Positions 1 to 9,528 of a stretch of 64,000 nucleotides of DNA are shown piece after piece. Every line of letters starts with the position of its first letter. Position 1 is the first letter of the stretch. The position numbers and the translations under genes were made by a program. The stretch spans positions 192,001-256,000 of the forward strand of contig OZ223236.1 of assembly GCA_965140445.1 (NCBI GenBank), given 5' to 3'. The notes beneath the pieces are model-generated. The model worked only from the letters and a program-made list of their open reading frames with translations. It was not told the DNA's origin and did not search any database. Origin of the DNA: Candidatus Ozemobacteraceae bacterium (GTDB lineage Bacteria > Muiribacteriota > Ozemobacteria > Ozemobacterales > Ozemobacteraceae).

Positions 1-2
1 AG

Positions 3-1283
3 CTTGTTCCAAACGAACCAGAATGGCTCATGTTGCTAGCAGAAGTCTCATTAAAAACAGCCGAATTTGACCAAGCATCAAGACTTCTTTCAAAACTCAG
101 GAGCCAGGATTCGGAAAATTTCTGGATAAACTTTAATCTTTCCAGAATTTACGAGATTGAGGGCAAAGCCCAGCTTGCTATCGAGCTGCTTTCAAATGCT
201 TTAAAAGAAAATCCCCAGGAAATACAAGGGCACATAGAGCTCTTAAAACTTAAGAGAACTCAGATTCGTGGAACAAGAATTGAACCAGAAATGATAGATG
301 CTCTGATAAAAAATCTACAATTTGAATTTGCACACTTAAGAAAAGAAAGTCCCTCACCACTAATTGTCGAAGCATACGCAAATTATATTTTTGGATATAG
401 AAGCAAATCCCAGAACGAAAGACTTGCAAAAGCAGAAGCATTATTCAGAGAAGCCAGTGCCAGATTTGGAGAAAAAGCGGAAATTCTGAATGGACTTGCC
501 TTGATTGAAAGAGCCAAAGGTAATACAGAACAAGCTATTAACTTGACCAAAGAATGGATCCGCGTTTCAACAAGACCTCAGCAACTCCACAAATTAGCCA
601 GACTTCATGAAAACTTCCAGCAATATGGTGAAGCAAGAAAGTGTTATATTTCTCTAAAAAATCTCTTCCCTGAAGACGGATATTTTAGAAAAAAAGTAAT
701 TGAAATGTCTTCGCATCTTTCCAGTATCGGAAGCAAGAATGAACTGGTAAACTCCCTCTCGGAGTGCCAGCAAAGCATACAAAACAAACCGGACCAAATG
801 TGGGTATTATATGAGATGGCGTTAATACAGCAATATCTCGCAGAATCCTCAACCCAAAAAGAAGAATGGATAAAAAAATCGCTTCTTAACTGGAACAAAG
901 CAATCAATCACCCAGATTCAAACCATTGGGTTAGATGGGGAATGATGGAATGTCAGCTTAAATACCAAAAGGATCATGATAAGAAAAGAGCGATAAATCA
1001 AAACCTTAAGGCCTGTGAAAAAATCCTCAGAGAAATGCCAGATTCCGCCCGGGCTAATTTTTATCTCGGAAAATGCTATCTTGCCTTTGATGACCTCGCT
1101 AACACACAAAAAGCTCTTGGACTTTTTGACAAAGCCAATTTCCTAGATCCCGAGCTAACCGAGCTCCATCTTGTACATGCCAAAGCTTGTAAAAATCTTG
1201 GAAAATCAGTTCTAGTAGACTCAATTGGTTATAACATGATACTATTAGAACCTGAACTAGCTCAAACCATCTTTCAGCTTTGA
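3..1283 (+). CDS. TPR-repeat protein (probably 5'-partial; frame open from window start)
   Basis: Helical TPR-like repeats (e.g. ANFYLGKCYLAF...ALGLFDKANFLDP); no stop in frame upstream of the ATG at 30. Confidence 0.75.
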   Translation, partial: LVPNEPEWLMLLAEVSLKTAEFDQASRLLSKLRSQDSENFWINFNLSRIYEIEGKAQLAIELLSNALKENPQEIQGHIELLKLKRTQIRGTRIEPEMIDALIKNLQFEFAHLRKESPSPLIVEAYANYIFGYRSKSQNERLAKAEALFREASARFGEKAEILNGLALIERAKGNTEQAINLTKEWIRVSTRPQQLHKLARLHENFQQYGEARKCYISLKNLFPEDGYFRKKVIEMSSHLSSIGSKNELVNSLSECQQSIQNKPDQMWVLYEMALIQQYLAESSTQKEEWIKKSLLNWNKAINHPDSNHWVRWGMMECQLKYQKDHDKKRAINQNLKACEKILREMPDSARANFYLGKCYLAFDDLANTQKALGLFDKANFLDPELTELHLVHAKACKNLGKSVLVDSIGYNMILLEPELAQTIFQL

Positions 1284-1308
1284 AAATAGCTGGAAAGAGT
1301 CACTAAAA

Positions 1309-1767
1309 TTGGAAAAAACAGTAGAACAACTAATAAACAGTATACCTGATGTAACAACTCAAATCAGCATGCAGGTTTACGGAAGTTCCGAGACTCTCGC
1401 CCTCATAAGGCGGGTGATAGTAGCCTGTGTACAACATTTAAATTTAAGTGCCACTTTATTAAATGACATTAAGCTAGCCACAACCGAAGCCTGCACAAAC
1501 GTTATAAAGCACGCTTATAAATTTGATGAGACACGTTCTTTTCTACTGGAAATAAAAACCAGTCCGGACAAGATTCTCATTTATGTGGCTTATGAAGATC
1601 CGGATTTCATCCCAGATGAGATTCCAGTTCCAAACTTAAAGGAAATTAAAGAGGGTGGCCTGGGTGTTTTTATAATAAAAAACATCATGGATGAAGTAAT
1701 CTATGAAACTCTTCCCACCACAGGAAAAGTTCAACTATGTATGGTGAAAGTCCTTACCAATAATTAG
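1309..1767 (+). CDS. rsbW: Anti-sigma factor/Ser kinase, RsbW/SpoIIAB-like (HATPase_c)
   Basis: DIKLATTEACTNVIKHAY N-box and EGGLGVFIIKNIMDEV G-box; next to STAS gene. Confidence 0.85.
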   Translation: MEKTVEQLINSIPDVTTQISMQVYGSSETLALIRRVIVACVQHLNLSATLLNDIKLATTEACTNVIKHAYKFDETRSFLLEIKTSPDKILIYVAYEDPDFIPDEIPVPNLKEIKEGGLGVFIIKNIMDEVIYETLPTTGKVQLCMVKVLTNN

Positions 1768-1784
1768 GCGTATCGGAGGCCAAT

Positions 1785-2093
1785 GTGAAAATTGATTGTC
1801 AGATAGATGCCGGACAAAAGACAAAAGTCTTTAAAATTGAAGGTGAACTCGATGTTCATCACGTAAAAAATCTTAAAGCAGAAGTAATGGAAGCTTTAGA
1901 GGGCGAAGGCTGGACCTACGAGTTAGATATGGACCAGGTTGGCTATTTAGATAGCTCAGGACTTGGAATGCTCGTTTACCTGAAAAAAGAGATCATTAGA
2001 CACGAGGGTAAGTTGAAAATTAAAAACTTACATGAGCCAGTATTAAACGTGTTTAAGCTAACCAAACTGGACGATTTCTTTCAACTTTCTTGA
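1785..2093 (+). CDS. rsbV: Anti-sigma factor antagonist, STAS domain (RsbV-like)
   Basis: GELD...YLDSSGLGML with phosphoacceptor Ser, VFKLTKLD; GGAGG RBS before GTG. Confidence 0.88.
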   Translation: MKIDCQIDAGQKTKVFKIEGELDVHHVKNLKAEVMEALEGEGWTYELDMDQVGYLDSSGLGMLVYLKKEIIRHEGKLKIKNLHEPVLNVFKLTKLDDFFQLS

Positions 2094-2113
2094 GGATAAA
2101 AAAATAACTGAAG

Positions 2114-2782
2114 ATGGATAAAAGCAGAGAAAGAAAGTCTAGCAGCGGCCTGTTCATAACCTTTGAAGGCCCTGAAGGAAGTGGGAAATCGACCCAGATA
2201 AAACTTCTTAAAGACTTTTGTGAAACAATTAGCAAAAAAGCAATTTCTACCAGAGAGCCGGGAGGAACGTCTTTTGGCGACAAAATTCGAAACCTCCTTC
2301 TGGACCACAGTGAAGGCGACCTGGAACCAGAAACTGAGTTATTCCTTATGCTTGCGCAAAGAAGTGAGCATCTAAGGAAAATCATAATTCCTGAAATAAA
2401 TGCTGGAAACATCGTATTGTGCGATAGGTATTTTGACTCAAGCATGGCTTATCAAGGCTATGGAAGAGGATTGCCTCCCGATTCAATTTACTCAGCTCAC
2501 AAGTCTTTTTTACCGGATTTTGAGCCAGACATTACGATTCTACTTTGCATAGCCCCAAAAGAAGGCTTAGAAAGAGCTCGCCATGGTGGCACCAAGAGCC
2601 TGGACAGGATGGAATCTGAAAATTTAAGCTTCCACAAGAGAGTTTTTGAGGGCTATAAGAAGCTTGCGGCTGACAATCCTTCAAGGTTCATAAGAATCGA
2701 TGTTGAAGGTAGTCCAGAAGAGATTTTTGAAAAAGTAAAAGATCAGCTAACTCAGCATCCGAGGTGGAAAGCCTGTGAATAA
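2114..2782 (+). CDS. tmk: Thymidylate kinase
   Basis: FITFEGPEGSGKSTQ, TREPGGT, LCDRYFDSSMAYQG. Confidence 0.97.
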   Translation: MDKSRERKSSSGLFITFEGPEGSGKSTQIKLLKDFCETISKKAISTREPGGTSFGDKIRNLLLDHSEGDLEPETELFLMLAQRSEHLRKIIIPEINAGNIVLCDRYFDSSMAYQGYGRGLPPDSIYSAHKSFLPDFEPDITILLCIAPKEGLERARHGGTKSLDRMESENLSFHKRVFEGYKKLAADNPSRFIRIDVEGSPEEIFEKVKDQLTQHPRWKACE

Positions 2783-4679
2783 ACTCAGGATGAATATAGC
2801 CATCAAGCTTGATCTGTTTTTGGCGATTCTTTGGATTGCAGTTTATTTTGCTGCCAAATTAATGAATCTGGCTATACATCCCGAACCTTTTATAGCTGCC
2901 GGTGTTGGAACTATTGTTTTCGTTCACCTAAGCCTTTCTCATAAAGTTTTAAAACCGCTCCAACGTTTTATTGAAATTGCAGATAACGTTGCTGATGGGG
3001 ATGTTTCCACAAGCCTTGAAGACCTGAGAATGAGCGATCTAGAAGAAGTCCAGGGCAGTTTCACCAAGATTGTAGGAAGTCTTATTGAGTCCAGAGTCGC
3101 AATTGAAGATTACATGCAGACTATCAGTGAGATAAATAAAGAATTAGAGAAAAAAGTAGACTCACTTTCCACACTTTATACTGCGAGTCAAACTATGGGC
3201 GGAAGCCTGAATGTTGATACTCTGGTGAGAAACCTTATCACAACTTTTTCAGATCGCCTTGGAATTTCCGGCGCAGCGGTGATGCTATATAGTGAAAAAA
3301 ATGACCTGGTAAGCGTAAAAGATCTTCTTGGAATTTCTCCAGAGCTATTTGCAAAATTCAGATTTTATTCAGACAACCAGATTCTGGCAAGAATATTTAG
3401 CGAAGAGGGTTTCTGGGAGCCTACTGATCAGGAACATAATCTTATGTTTGCTGAATTTGAAACCGACGTTGTTAGAAGTCTAAAGATCTTAATTCCAATG
3501 AGAATTAAAGATCATTTTGTTGGAGTAATTGTCCTTGCAGATAAGAAGGATGGCTCCAGATACGTTGACTCTGAAATTCAATTGATTCAAGCTTTGGTTG
3601 GTCTTGCAAGCACTTCAATCAATAACGCCATGCTTTTCGAACATTCTGAAACCACAAAGAATGAGTTGGACCATAAGGTATTCAATCTTATGACTCTTCA
3701 ACAATCGGGTAAGGTGCTAAGCTCAACACTTGATTTATCAGAACTTATTTCAATTTCTATTGATATGTTTCTTGAAACAGTTTGGGCTAATAAAGGCGTT
3801 TTAATGCTTCAATCTGATGACAAACCAGAGCTAGAGCTAAAAGCCCTAAAGGGAATTTCAAAAGAAGAAGTAATGGAACTTAGCAAAGATCCTGGCGAAA
3901 CCTGGGCAATGACAACTATTGAGAAAGAAAAAAAGCCGATCCTTTCTCAGGAACTGGCTTCAAAAAGTTCTTATCAAAGTTATTGCACAGTAAACAAGAC
4001 TTTGCCATTCGCTGTCTACCTGCCTTTGCTTAAAGAAGCAGAGCTTTATGGTGTGGTAAAAATCGGCCCAAAAATCAATGGCGAAGCATTTAATGAAAAT
4101 GATTTAGAGTTTTTTGCCACTCTTGGTTCGCAGGCTGTGATTGCATTTGAAAATGCAAGGCTTTATTCTTTGGCGATTACCGACTCAATCACAAGATTGT
4201 ATGTTCACAGATACTTTCAATTAAGGCTCGACGAAGAAGTTGCCAGAAGCAGAAGATACAATGCCACAATTTCCTTGTTGATGTGTGACATCGATCACTT
4301 TAAGAGCGTAAACGATAATTACGGACATCAGCAGGGCGATATGATTCTTAAAGAAATCAGCAAAATTTTAAGAAAGAATGTCAGGAACACTGACATCGCT
4401 GCCAGGTATGGTGGCGAAGAATTTGCGATTATTCTACCTGAGACAACCCAGGCCGACGCAAAAATCGTTGCAGAAAGAATAAGAAGAGACGTAAGTAAAT
4501 GCGACTTTCCATCAATTATTCCTGGACAGCCATCTTTAAAAAGCTCCATTTCGATTGGAGTTGCAGGCTTTCCTTTGAATGCTGACAACAAAGATCAACT
4601 AATTCAAAAAGCAGACTCAGCTCTTTATAAAGCTAAAGAACTGGGTAGAAACCGAGTTGTGCTTTGCGGAATTGACTAA
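2775..4679 (+). CDS. Diguanylate cyclase (2 TM-HAMP-GAF-GAF-GGDEF)
   Basis: DIDHFKSVNDNYGHQQGD, RNTD I-site, RYGGEEF, ADSALYKAK; two GAF-like blocks. Confidence 0.93.
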   Translation: MNKLRMNIAIKLDLFLAILWIAVYFAAKLMNLAIHPEPFIAAGVGTIVFVHLSLSHKVLKPLQRFIEIADNVADGDVSTSLEDLRMSDLEEVQGSFTKIVGSLIESRVAIEDYMQTISEINKELEKKVDSLSTLYTASQTMGGSLNVDTLVRNLITTFSDRLGISGAAVMLYSEKNDLVSVKDLLGISPELFAKFRFYSDNQILARIFSEEGFWEPTDQEHNLMFAEFETDVVRSLKILIPMRIKDHFVGVIVLADKKDGSRYVDSEIQLIQALVGLASTSINNAMLFEHSETTKNELDHKVFNLMTLQQSGKVLSSTLDLSELISISIDMFLETVWANKGVLMLQSDDKPELELKALKGISKEEVMELSKDPGETWAMTTIEKEKKPILSQELASKSSYQSYCTVNKTLPFAVYLPLLKEAELYGVVKIGPKINGEAFNENDLEFFATLGSQAVIAFENARLYSLAITDSITRLYVHRYFQLRLDEEVARSRRYNATISLLMCDIDHFKSVNDNYGHQQGDMILKEISKILRKNVRNTDIAARYGGEEFAIILPETTQADAKIVAERIRRDVSKCDFPSIIPGQPSLKSSISIGVAGFPLNADNKDQLIQKADSALYKAKELGRNRVVLCGID

Positions 4680-4682
4680 CCT

Positions 4683-5129
4683 ATGCCAGTAAAAATAGGA
4701 AAACCTTCCATCGACTTAAATCCTGGTTCACCTTCACAGGCCAATTCTGTTGATACAAAAAAATCAGAAGTTTTTTCATCTCAGCTAAAAGAAGTTCAAA
4801 AAAACCATATTGATCAAGATCTAAAGACTCTTATCAATGAAGTTAAAGAACTTGGGGAAAAGCTTTTAAGATCACCAGAAGAAAAGCTTCTTGGGAAATA
4901 CAAAACTTCAATAAAAAACTTTCTTGGGAAAATCTCAAAAGATTTCTTGTCTTTAAAAGAGGAGTTTGGAGCAAAGCACGAAGGTGAACAAAAAGTTTAC
5001 CAGCTTGTAAATCTGACAGAATCTGAGGTAGAATCAATTACGGCCGAAGCTTTTAATGATAAAAAAGCGGTCAACCTTCTGGCAAGTCTTGATGATATAC
5101 GAGGACTTGTATTGGACATAATTGGCTAA
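4683..5129 (+). CDS. yaaR: YaaR/DUF327 family protein
   Basis: C-terminal LDDIRGLVLDI, YKTSIKNFL; position near tmk. Confidence 0.8.
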   Translation: MPVKIGKPSIDLNPGSPSQANSVDTKKSEVFSSQLKEVQKNHIDQDLKTLINEVKELGEKLLRSPEEKLLGKYKTSIKNFLGKISKDFLSLKEEFGAKHEGEQKVYQLVNLTESEVESITAEAFNDKKAVNLLASLDDIRGLVLDIIG

Positions 5130-5131
5130 CC

Positions 5132-6007
5132 ATGAATAAAGAAATGCCTCTGCAAATAGTAATAATAACAGGTCTATCCGGAGCCGGAAAAAGCACGGCG
5201 ATCCACTTTTTTGAAGACTCTGGATTTTTCTGCATGGACAACGTTCCGCCTGCACTCTTGCCAAAGTTCGTGCAGATTTGTCGCGAATCCAATGGAAGTG
5301 TTTCAAAGATAGCGGTGGTTGCTGACGCAAGGGGCGGAAGCTTTTTTGAAAGCCTTTTTGATGCAATAGATTCAATAAAAAAGCTTGGAGCTCTAGTAAA
5401 GATTTTATATCTGGATGCATCCGAAGAAGTTTTAATCAGAAGATTTTCTGAAACAAGAAGAAAGCACCCCTTAAATAGAGGTGGAAGAATTCTTGATGAT
5501 ATTCAAAAAGAAAGAATGATGCTGGAAGATATAAAGTCAAAATCAGACTTTGTCATTAACACTTCCGCAATGAATGGCCGTGAACTCCAGGAAGCGATCA
5601 GAAAAGTTATAGAAGAAAACTCAATAATGCGAACCATGTCGGTAGTATTTCTTAGTTTTGGCTTTAAACATGGCGTCCCATTAGATTGCGACCTGGTATT
5701 TGACGTAAGATTCTTGCCAAATCCATATTATGTGAGCGAGCTAAAACATCTTAGCGGTTTAAATAGTGAAGTTTTTGATTATGTTATCGGCTCTGAAAAT
5801 GGTAAATCAGTGGCTATAAAGATGAAGGAATTTATTGAGTTTTTAATTCCAAAGTTTATTCTGGAACCTAAGACAAGACTTCAGATAGGCATAGGATGTA
5901 CTGGAGGAAGGCACCGATCAGTATCATTTGCTGAGTATTTATTTAAAGAAATTCAGCATGATAGAATTATTACTTCCAGAAAACATCGCGACCTTCAATT
6001 GTCCTAA
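5132..6007 (+). CDS. rapZ: RNase adapter/P-loop NTPase RapZ (YvcJ)
   Basis: ITGLSGAGKS, RRFSETRRKHPL, SFGFKHG, DVRFLPNPY, IGCTGGRHRSV. Confidence 0.96.
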   Translation: MNKEMPLQIVIITGLSGAGKSTAIHFFEDSGFFCMDNVPPALLPKFVQICRESNGSVSKIAVVADARGGSFFESLFDAIDSIKKLGALVKILYLDASEEVLIRRFSETRRKHPLNRGGRILDDIQKERMMLEDIKSKSDFVINTSAMNGRELQEAIRKVIEENSIMRTMSVVFLSFGFKHGVPLDCDLVFDVRFLPNPYYVSELKHLSGLNSEVFDYVIGSENGKSVAIKMKEFIEFLIPKFILEPKTRLQIGIGCTGGRHRSVSFAEYLFKEIQHDRIITSRKHRDLQLS

Positions 6008-6080
6008 TTTTTGTAAATTTCTCTAAATTGCTTGCCAATCGTTTCTTAAGTATTATATTCTGAGTGATTGGGGTACCGAA

Positions 6081-6956
6081 ATGGGAGAATTTTGCATAAA
6101 GAAATATCACTTTCTCATTGCTGCGCTTATTTTTTTTTGCGCAGGGGTTTCTTGTGCTCAGTCGGCTCCTGAATTGACTCTGAACTCAAAAAACAGCATC
6201 CCTCTACCTGAAAAAATTGAAGAATATAGACTTTCTCTTGGCAGCACAATGATCGGCCAAGACTCAATGATAGAGATGGATAAGTACAAAATAAAAAACA
6301 CAAAAGCCAAATTTGTTGAAACTCCCAACGCGAATTTTGATAGTTTCAAGCTAAAAAATGAAGTTCGATTTTCTACCGATCCCGAAAAAGCAAATAATAA
6401 AGTAGACAGTAATTCAGAAGAAGCTGACGAATACTCAACTCTCACTCTGACCACAGATTATCTGACCAATTCAATTGGATACGATGAAAAAGAATCTGGC
6501 TCCAGTCTTTCCATGAAAAAGAAAATCGGAAAATGGGCTGTATATGGCGAATTTGAAAGAAAAAAATTGATCCCCATACCTATTCCATCTCCAATATCCC
6601 AGCTGCAGCTGAAAACGCTCGCCAGTATAAGAGAGAATTCTTCAAATACCGACTCTAAACCCGGTGAATCCCAGGAAAAACCAAATCAATCTGATAAAAA
6701 CTCTGCACTTAGCTCCAGATACTATCTAGAAGCAGTTTATAACTTTTTACCCACGGTAAAAGGGAAGCTTTCGTATAAAAGATCTATGATTGACACTTAC
6801 GATTCTGAGGAAAAGCTTCAGGTTGAAGGGATTGTAGAAGCAAACAAGAACATGCTTATAAAAGCGGGTTACAACAATGAAACCCGCCCAGAAGTTAACG
6901 ACCCCAAAACCACCAAAGACACGAAAGTCTGGACAGAATTTATACTTAAGTTCTAG
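6081..6956 (+). CDS. Exported protein, possible outer-membrane beta-barrel
   Basis: Signal peptide, alternating beta-strand pattern, C-terminal VWTEFILKF. Confidence 0.55.
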   Translation: MGEFCIKKYHFLIAALIFFCAGVSCAQSAPELTLNSKNSIPLPEKIEEYRLSLGSTMIGQDSMIEMDKYKIKNTKAKFVETPNANFDSFKLKNEVRFSTDPEKANNKVDSNSEEADEYSTLTLTTDYLTNSIGYDEKESGSSLSMKKKIGKWAVYGEFERKKLIPIPIPSPISQLQLKTLASIRENSSNTDSKPGESQEKPNQSDKNSALSSRYYLEAVYNFLPTVKGKLSYKRSMIDTYDSEEKLQVEGIVEANKNMLIKAGYNNETRPEVNDPKTTKDTKVWTEFILKF

Positions 6957-6963
6957 TTATAAA

Positions 6964-7245
6964 ATGCAAATAACAGACATTAAAATCCAGATTATAAAAC
7001 AACCAAAAAGCAAATTAAGAGGTTTTGCGAGCGTAACCTTTGACGAATCTCTTATTATTAAAGATTTTCAAATTTTTGAGGGCAAAAGAGGTCTTTTTCT
7101 AGGAATGCCATCTCGCAAGATGCCAAATGGTGAATACCGAGAAATAGTTTTTTCTATCAGCACCAGCCTATCTGAACTCCTTTCAGAAACAGTTCTCCGG
7201 GCTTTTGAAGATGAGATTAACCGACCTGATAATCAATTTTGCTAA
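6964..7245 (+). CDS. spoVG: SpoVG family nucleic-acid-binding protein
   Basis: MQITDIKI...LRGFASVTFD...GLFLGMPSRK...GEYREIV; ATG at 6964 matches family start. Confidence 0.9.
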   Translation: MQITDIKIQIIKQPKSKLRGFASVTFDESLIIKDFQIFEGKRGLFLGMPSRKMPNGEYREIVFSISTSLSELLSETVLRAFEDEINRPDNQFC

Positions 7246-7262
7246 ATTGTTCGCTTCAATAC

Positions 7263-7291
7263 TTGAAAACCAATAACTTTTGTGGTATTTT
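7263..7291 (+). promoter_or_regulatory. Putative sigma70 promoter of tRNA-Gln
   Basis: TTGAAA-17 bp-TATTTT with extended -10 TG, about 25 bp upstream of tRNA. Confidence 0.5.
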
Positions 7292-7315
7292 CTTTCGACA
7301 ATAATGAAATATTGT

Positions 7316-7387
7316 AGGGGTGTGGCCAAGTGGTAAGGCACCGGGTTTTGGTTCCGGCACTCGCAGGTTCGAATCCTGCCACCCCTG
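7316..7387 (+). tRNA. tRNA-Gln(TTG), CCA not encoded
   Basis: AGGGGTG/CACCCCT acceptor stem, GCC-AAGTGGTAA-GGC D arm, CCGGG-TT-TTG-GT-TCCGG anticodon arm, GGTTCGAATCC T arm. Confidence 0.97.
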
Positions 7388-7399
7388 ATTAAAAAAAGC

Positions 7400-7439
7400 A
7401 AGGCAAAAGGGAATAAAAGCCCTTTTGCCTTATTTTTTT
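7400..7439 (+). terminator. Intrinsic terminator after tRNA
   Basis: AAGGCAAAAGGG/CCCTTTTGCCTT stem followed by T tract. Confidence 0.85.
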
Positions 7440-7511
7440 GTATTTTTTGTTCACTTGAGGAAAATAGAGGTATATAATCTACACTTGAGATTTAACGAGG
7501 AGCCATAGTAA

Positions 7512-8531
7512 ATGAAATCTAGCATCCACTCTTTAATATTGGCGGCAGGCAAAGGGACCAGAATGAAGTCCGAGCTCCCGAAGGTTGTACATCCCATTAT
7601 TGATCAACCAATGGTCCAATACGTTATCGATGCATTAAAAGACGTTGGAATAGAACAATCTACTCTTGTAGTTGGCTACAAGTCACAGCTTGTAAAAGAT
7701 TCTTTAAACGACAAAACCCTAAAATATGTAGAACAACCAGAACAACTCGGTACAGGTCATGCTGTTCAATGTTTTGCCAAATCAACAAATAAATCTCCAG
7801 ATGAATTACTGGTAGTATGCGGCGACACTCCCTTGATTTCACGCAAAACCCTGCTAGAAATGATTGAAGTTCATTCCACGCAAAAACCAGCAATAACAAT
7901 GATGACATTAGAGATGCAAAATCCAGGCAACTATGGTCGTATAGTAAGAAAAAACGGAGAAATTATAGCCATTCGAGAGGCTAAAGATTGCTCAGAAGAA
8001 GAGTTAAAGATAAAAGAAGTAAATCTTGCGGTTTATTTATTTAACGGTGAATTTCTTTTCTCGAATATTTTTAAACTTGAAAACAAAAATAAACAGAAAG
8101 AATTCTACTTAACTGATCTGGTAGAAATGGCAAGCATACAGGGCAAGAAAGTTATTTCCTGCAAGGAAGCTGATGAAAGCTCGACTTTGGGAATAAATAG
8201 CAGACAGCACCTTGCTCTGGTAACCAAATTACTCAAGGACCAGATTAATAATTTGCACATGGATCGAGGCGTAACAATTGTCGATCCTGAACAAACCCAC
8301 ATTGGTCCAAAAGTTGAGATTGGACCGGACACAACAATCTATCCAGGAACTATGATAACTGGAAACACCAAAATAGGAGAAAATTGCAAGATTGGTCCTC
8401 AATCACTTTTGATGGATTCTCAATTAGGCAATAATGTAAGCGCCGAATTTTGCAGAATCTCGTCCGCTGAAGTTTCATCCAACCGAACGATTGAAGCATT
8501 TACAGTTATTTCAGGGACAGAAGCTGGTTAA
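7512..8531 (+). CDS. glmU: GlmU-like N-acetylglucosamine-1-P uridyltransferase, C-terminally shortened (339 aa)
   Basis: LAAGKGTRMKS..PK, QLGTGHAV, YGRIVR, EFYLTD, then only a few hexapeptide repeats; directly upstream of prs. Confidence 0.9.
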   Translation: MKSSIHSLILAAGKGTRMKSELPKVVHPIIDQPMVQYVIDALKDVGIEQSTLVVGYKSQLVKDSLNDKTLKYVEQPEQLGTGHAVQCFAKSTNKSPDELLVVCGDTPLISRKTLLEMIEVHSTQKPAITMMTLEMQNPGNYGRIVRKNGEIIAIREAKDCSEEELKIKEVNLAVYLFNGEFLFSNIFKLENKNKQKEFYLTDLVEMASIQGKKVISCKEADESSTLGINSRQHLALVTKLLKDQINNLHMDRGVTIVDPEQTHIGPKVEIGPDTTIYPGTMITGNTKIGENCKIGPQSLLMDSQLGNNVSAEFCRISSAEVSSNRTIEAFTVISGTEAG

Positions 8532-8560
8532 ATCCAGTTTAGCAGTATAAGGGGAATAAA

Positions 8561-9508
8561 GTGGAAAGTAACTCAAAAATTAAAATTTTTAATGGCGAAG
8601 GCAACACAGAACTTTTTCAGGAAGTCTGTAAATATCTATTTATACCAGAAGGAACTGTGCTGCATGCATCTTTCGCAGACGGAGAGCTCTATTGTCGAAT
8701 AGAAGAATCTGTTCGCGGCTGTGACACCTTTATAATTCAGCCAACCTGCCCCCCTGTTAATGAAAATCTAATGAAACTTCTTATCACCATGGATGCTCTA
8801 AGACGAGCTTCTGCAACAAGTGTAACAGCAGTTGTTCCGTATTTTGGGTATTCCAGACAGGAAAAGAAAAGTACAGGAAGAGAACCTGTTACTGCAAAAT
8901 TGGTTGCAAATTTAATTACAATTGCCGGAGCTGGAAGATTAATGACCGTTGACATGCATGACCCCGCATTGCAAGGGTTCTTTGATATACCAGTAGATCA
9001 CCTTTCAGCCGGAAGACTACTCTCAGAGCACTTTCTAAAAAGAGATCTCACCAATCACGTTGTTGTCTCTCCAGATACGGGCGGAGTTTTACGTGCAAGA
9101 ACCTTTGCTAATAAACTTAAGCTTCCTATGGCTATCATTGACAAAAGGCGACCTGAAGCCAATAAGGCAGTTGTAATGAACGTTATTGGTGAAGTAAAAG
9201 ATATGCATGCAATCATAATTGATGACATTATCGATACAGCCGGAACCCTTGTAAATGTTGCTGAAACACTCGTTGAAAATGGTGCAAAAAGCGTTAGAGC
9301 CTGCTGTACACATGCTCTTTTATCTCCACCTGCAGTTGATAGAATTCCCGGCTCACCAGTAGAAGAAATTATCTGCACCAACTCTGTTCCATTAACACAG
9401 GAAAAAATTGAAAAATGTAATTTAACCGTTTTATCACTTGCCCCTCTTGTCGGCGAGGCAATTAGAAGAATATTCGAACGCAGATCTGTTAGCGAACTTT
9501 TTCTATAA
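8561..9508 (+). CDS. prs: Ribose-phosphate pyrophosphokinase
   Basis: FADGE, PYFGYSRQ, VVSPDTGG, IIDDIIDTAGT. Confidence 0.97.
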   Translation: MESNSKIKIFNGEGNTELFQEVCKYLFIPEGTVLHASFADGELYCRIEESVRGCDTFIIQPTCPPVNENLMKLLITMDALRRASATSVTAVVPYFGYSRQEKKSTGREPVTAKLVANLITIAGAGRLMTVDMHDPALQGFFDIPVDHLSAGRLLSEHFLKRDLTNHVVVSPDTGGVLRARTFANKLKLPMAIIDKRRPEANKAVVMNVIGEVKDMHAIIIDDIIDTAGTLVNVAETLVENGAKSVRACCTHALLSPPAVDRIPGSPVEEIICTNSVPLTQEKIEKCNLTVLSLAPLVGEAIRRIFERRSVSELFL

Positions 9509-9528
9509 GCATTTGGAAGGAAATCTGG

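Noticed and set aside
6877..6963. N-terminal extension of SpoVG in the ORF track
   Set aside because: Overlaps the upstream gene; family similarity begins at ATG 6964
7183..7401. 72-aa minus-strand ORF
   Set aside because: Antisense shadow of tRNA-Gln
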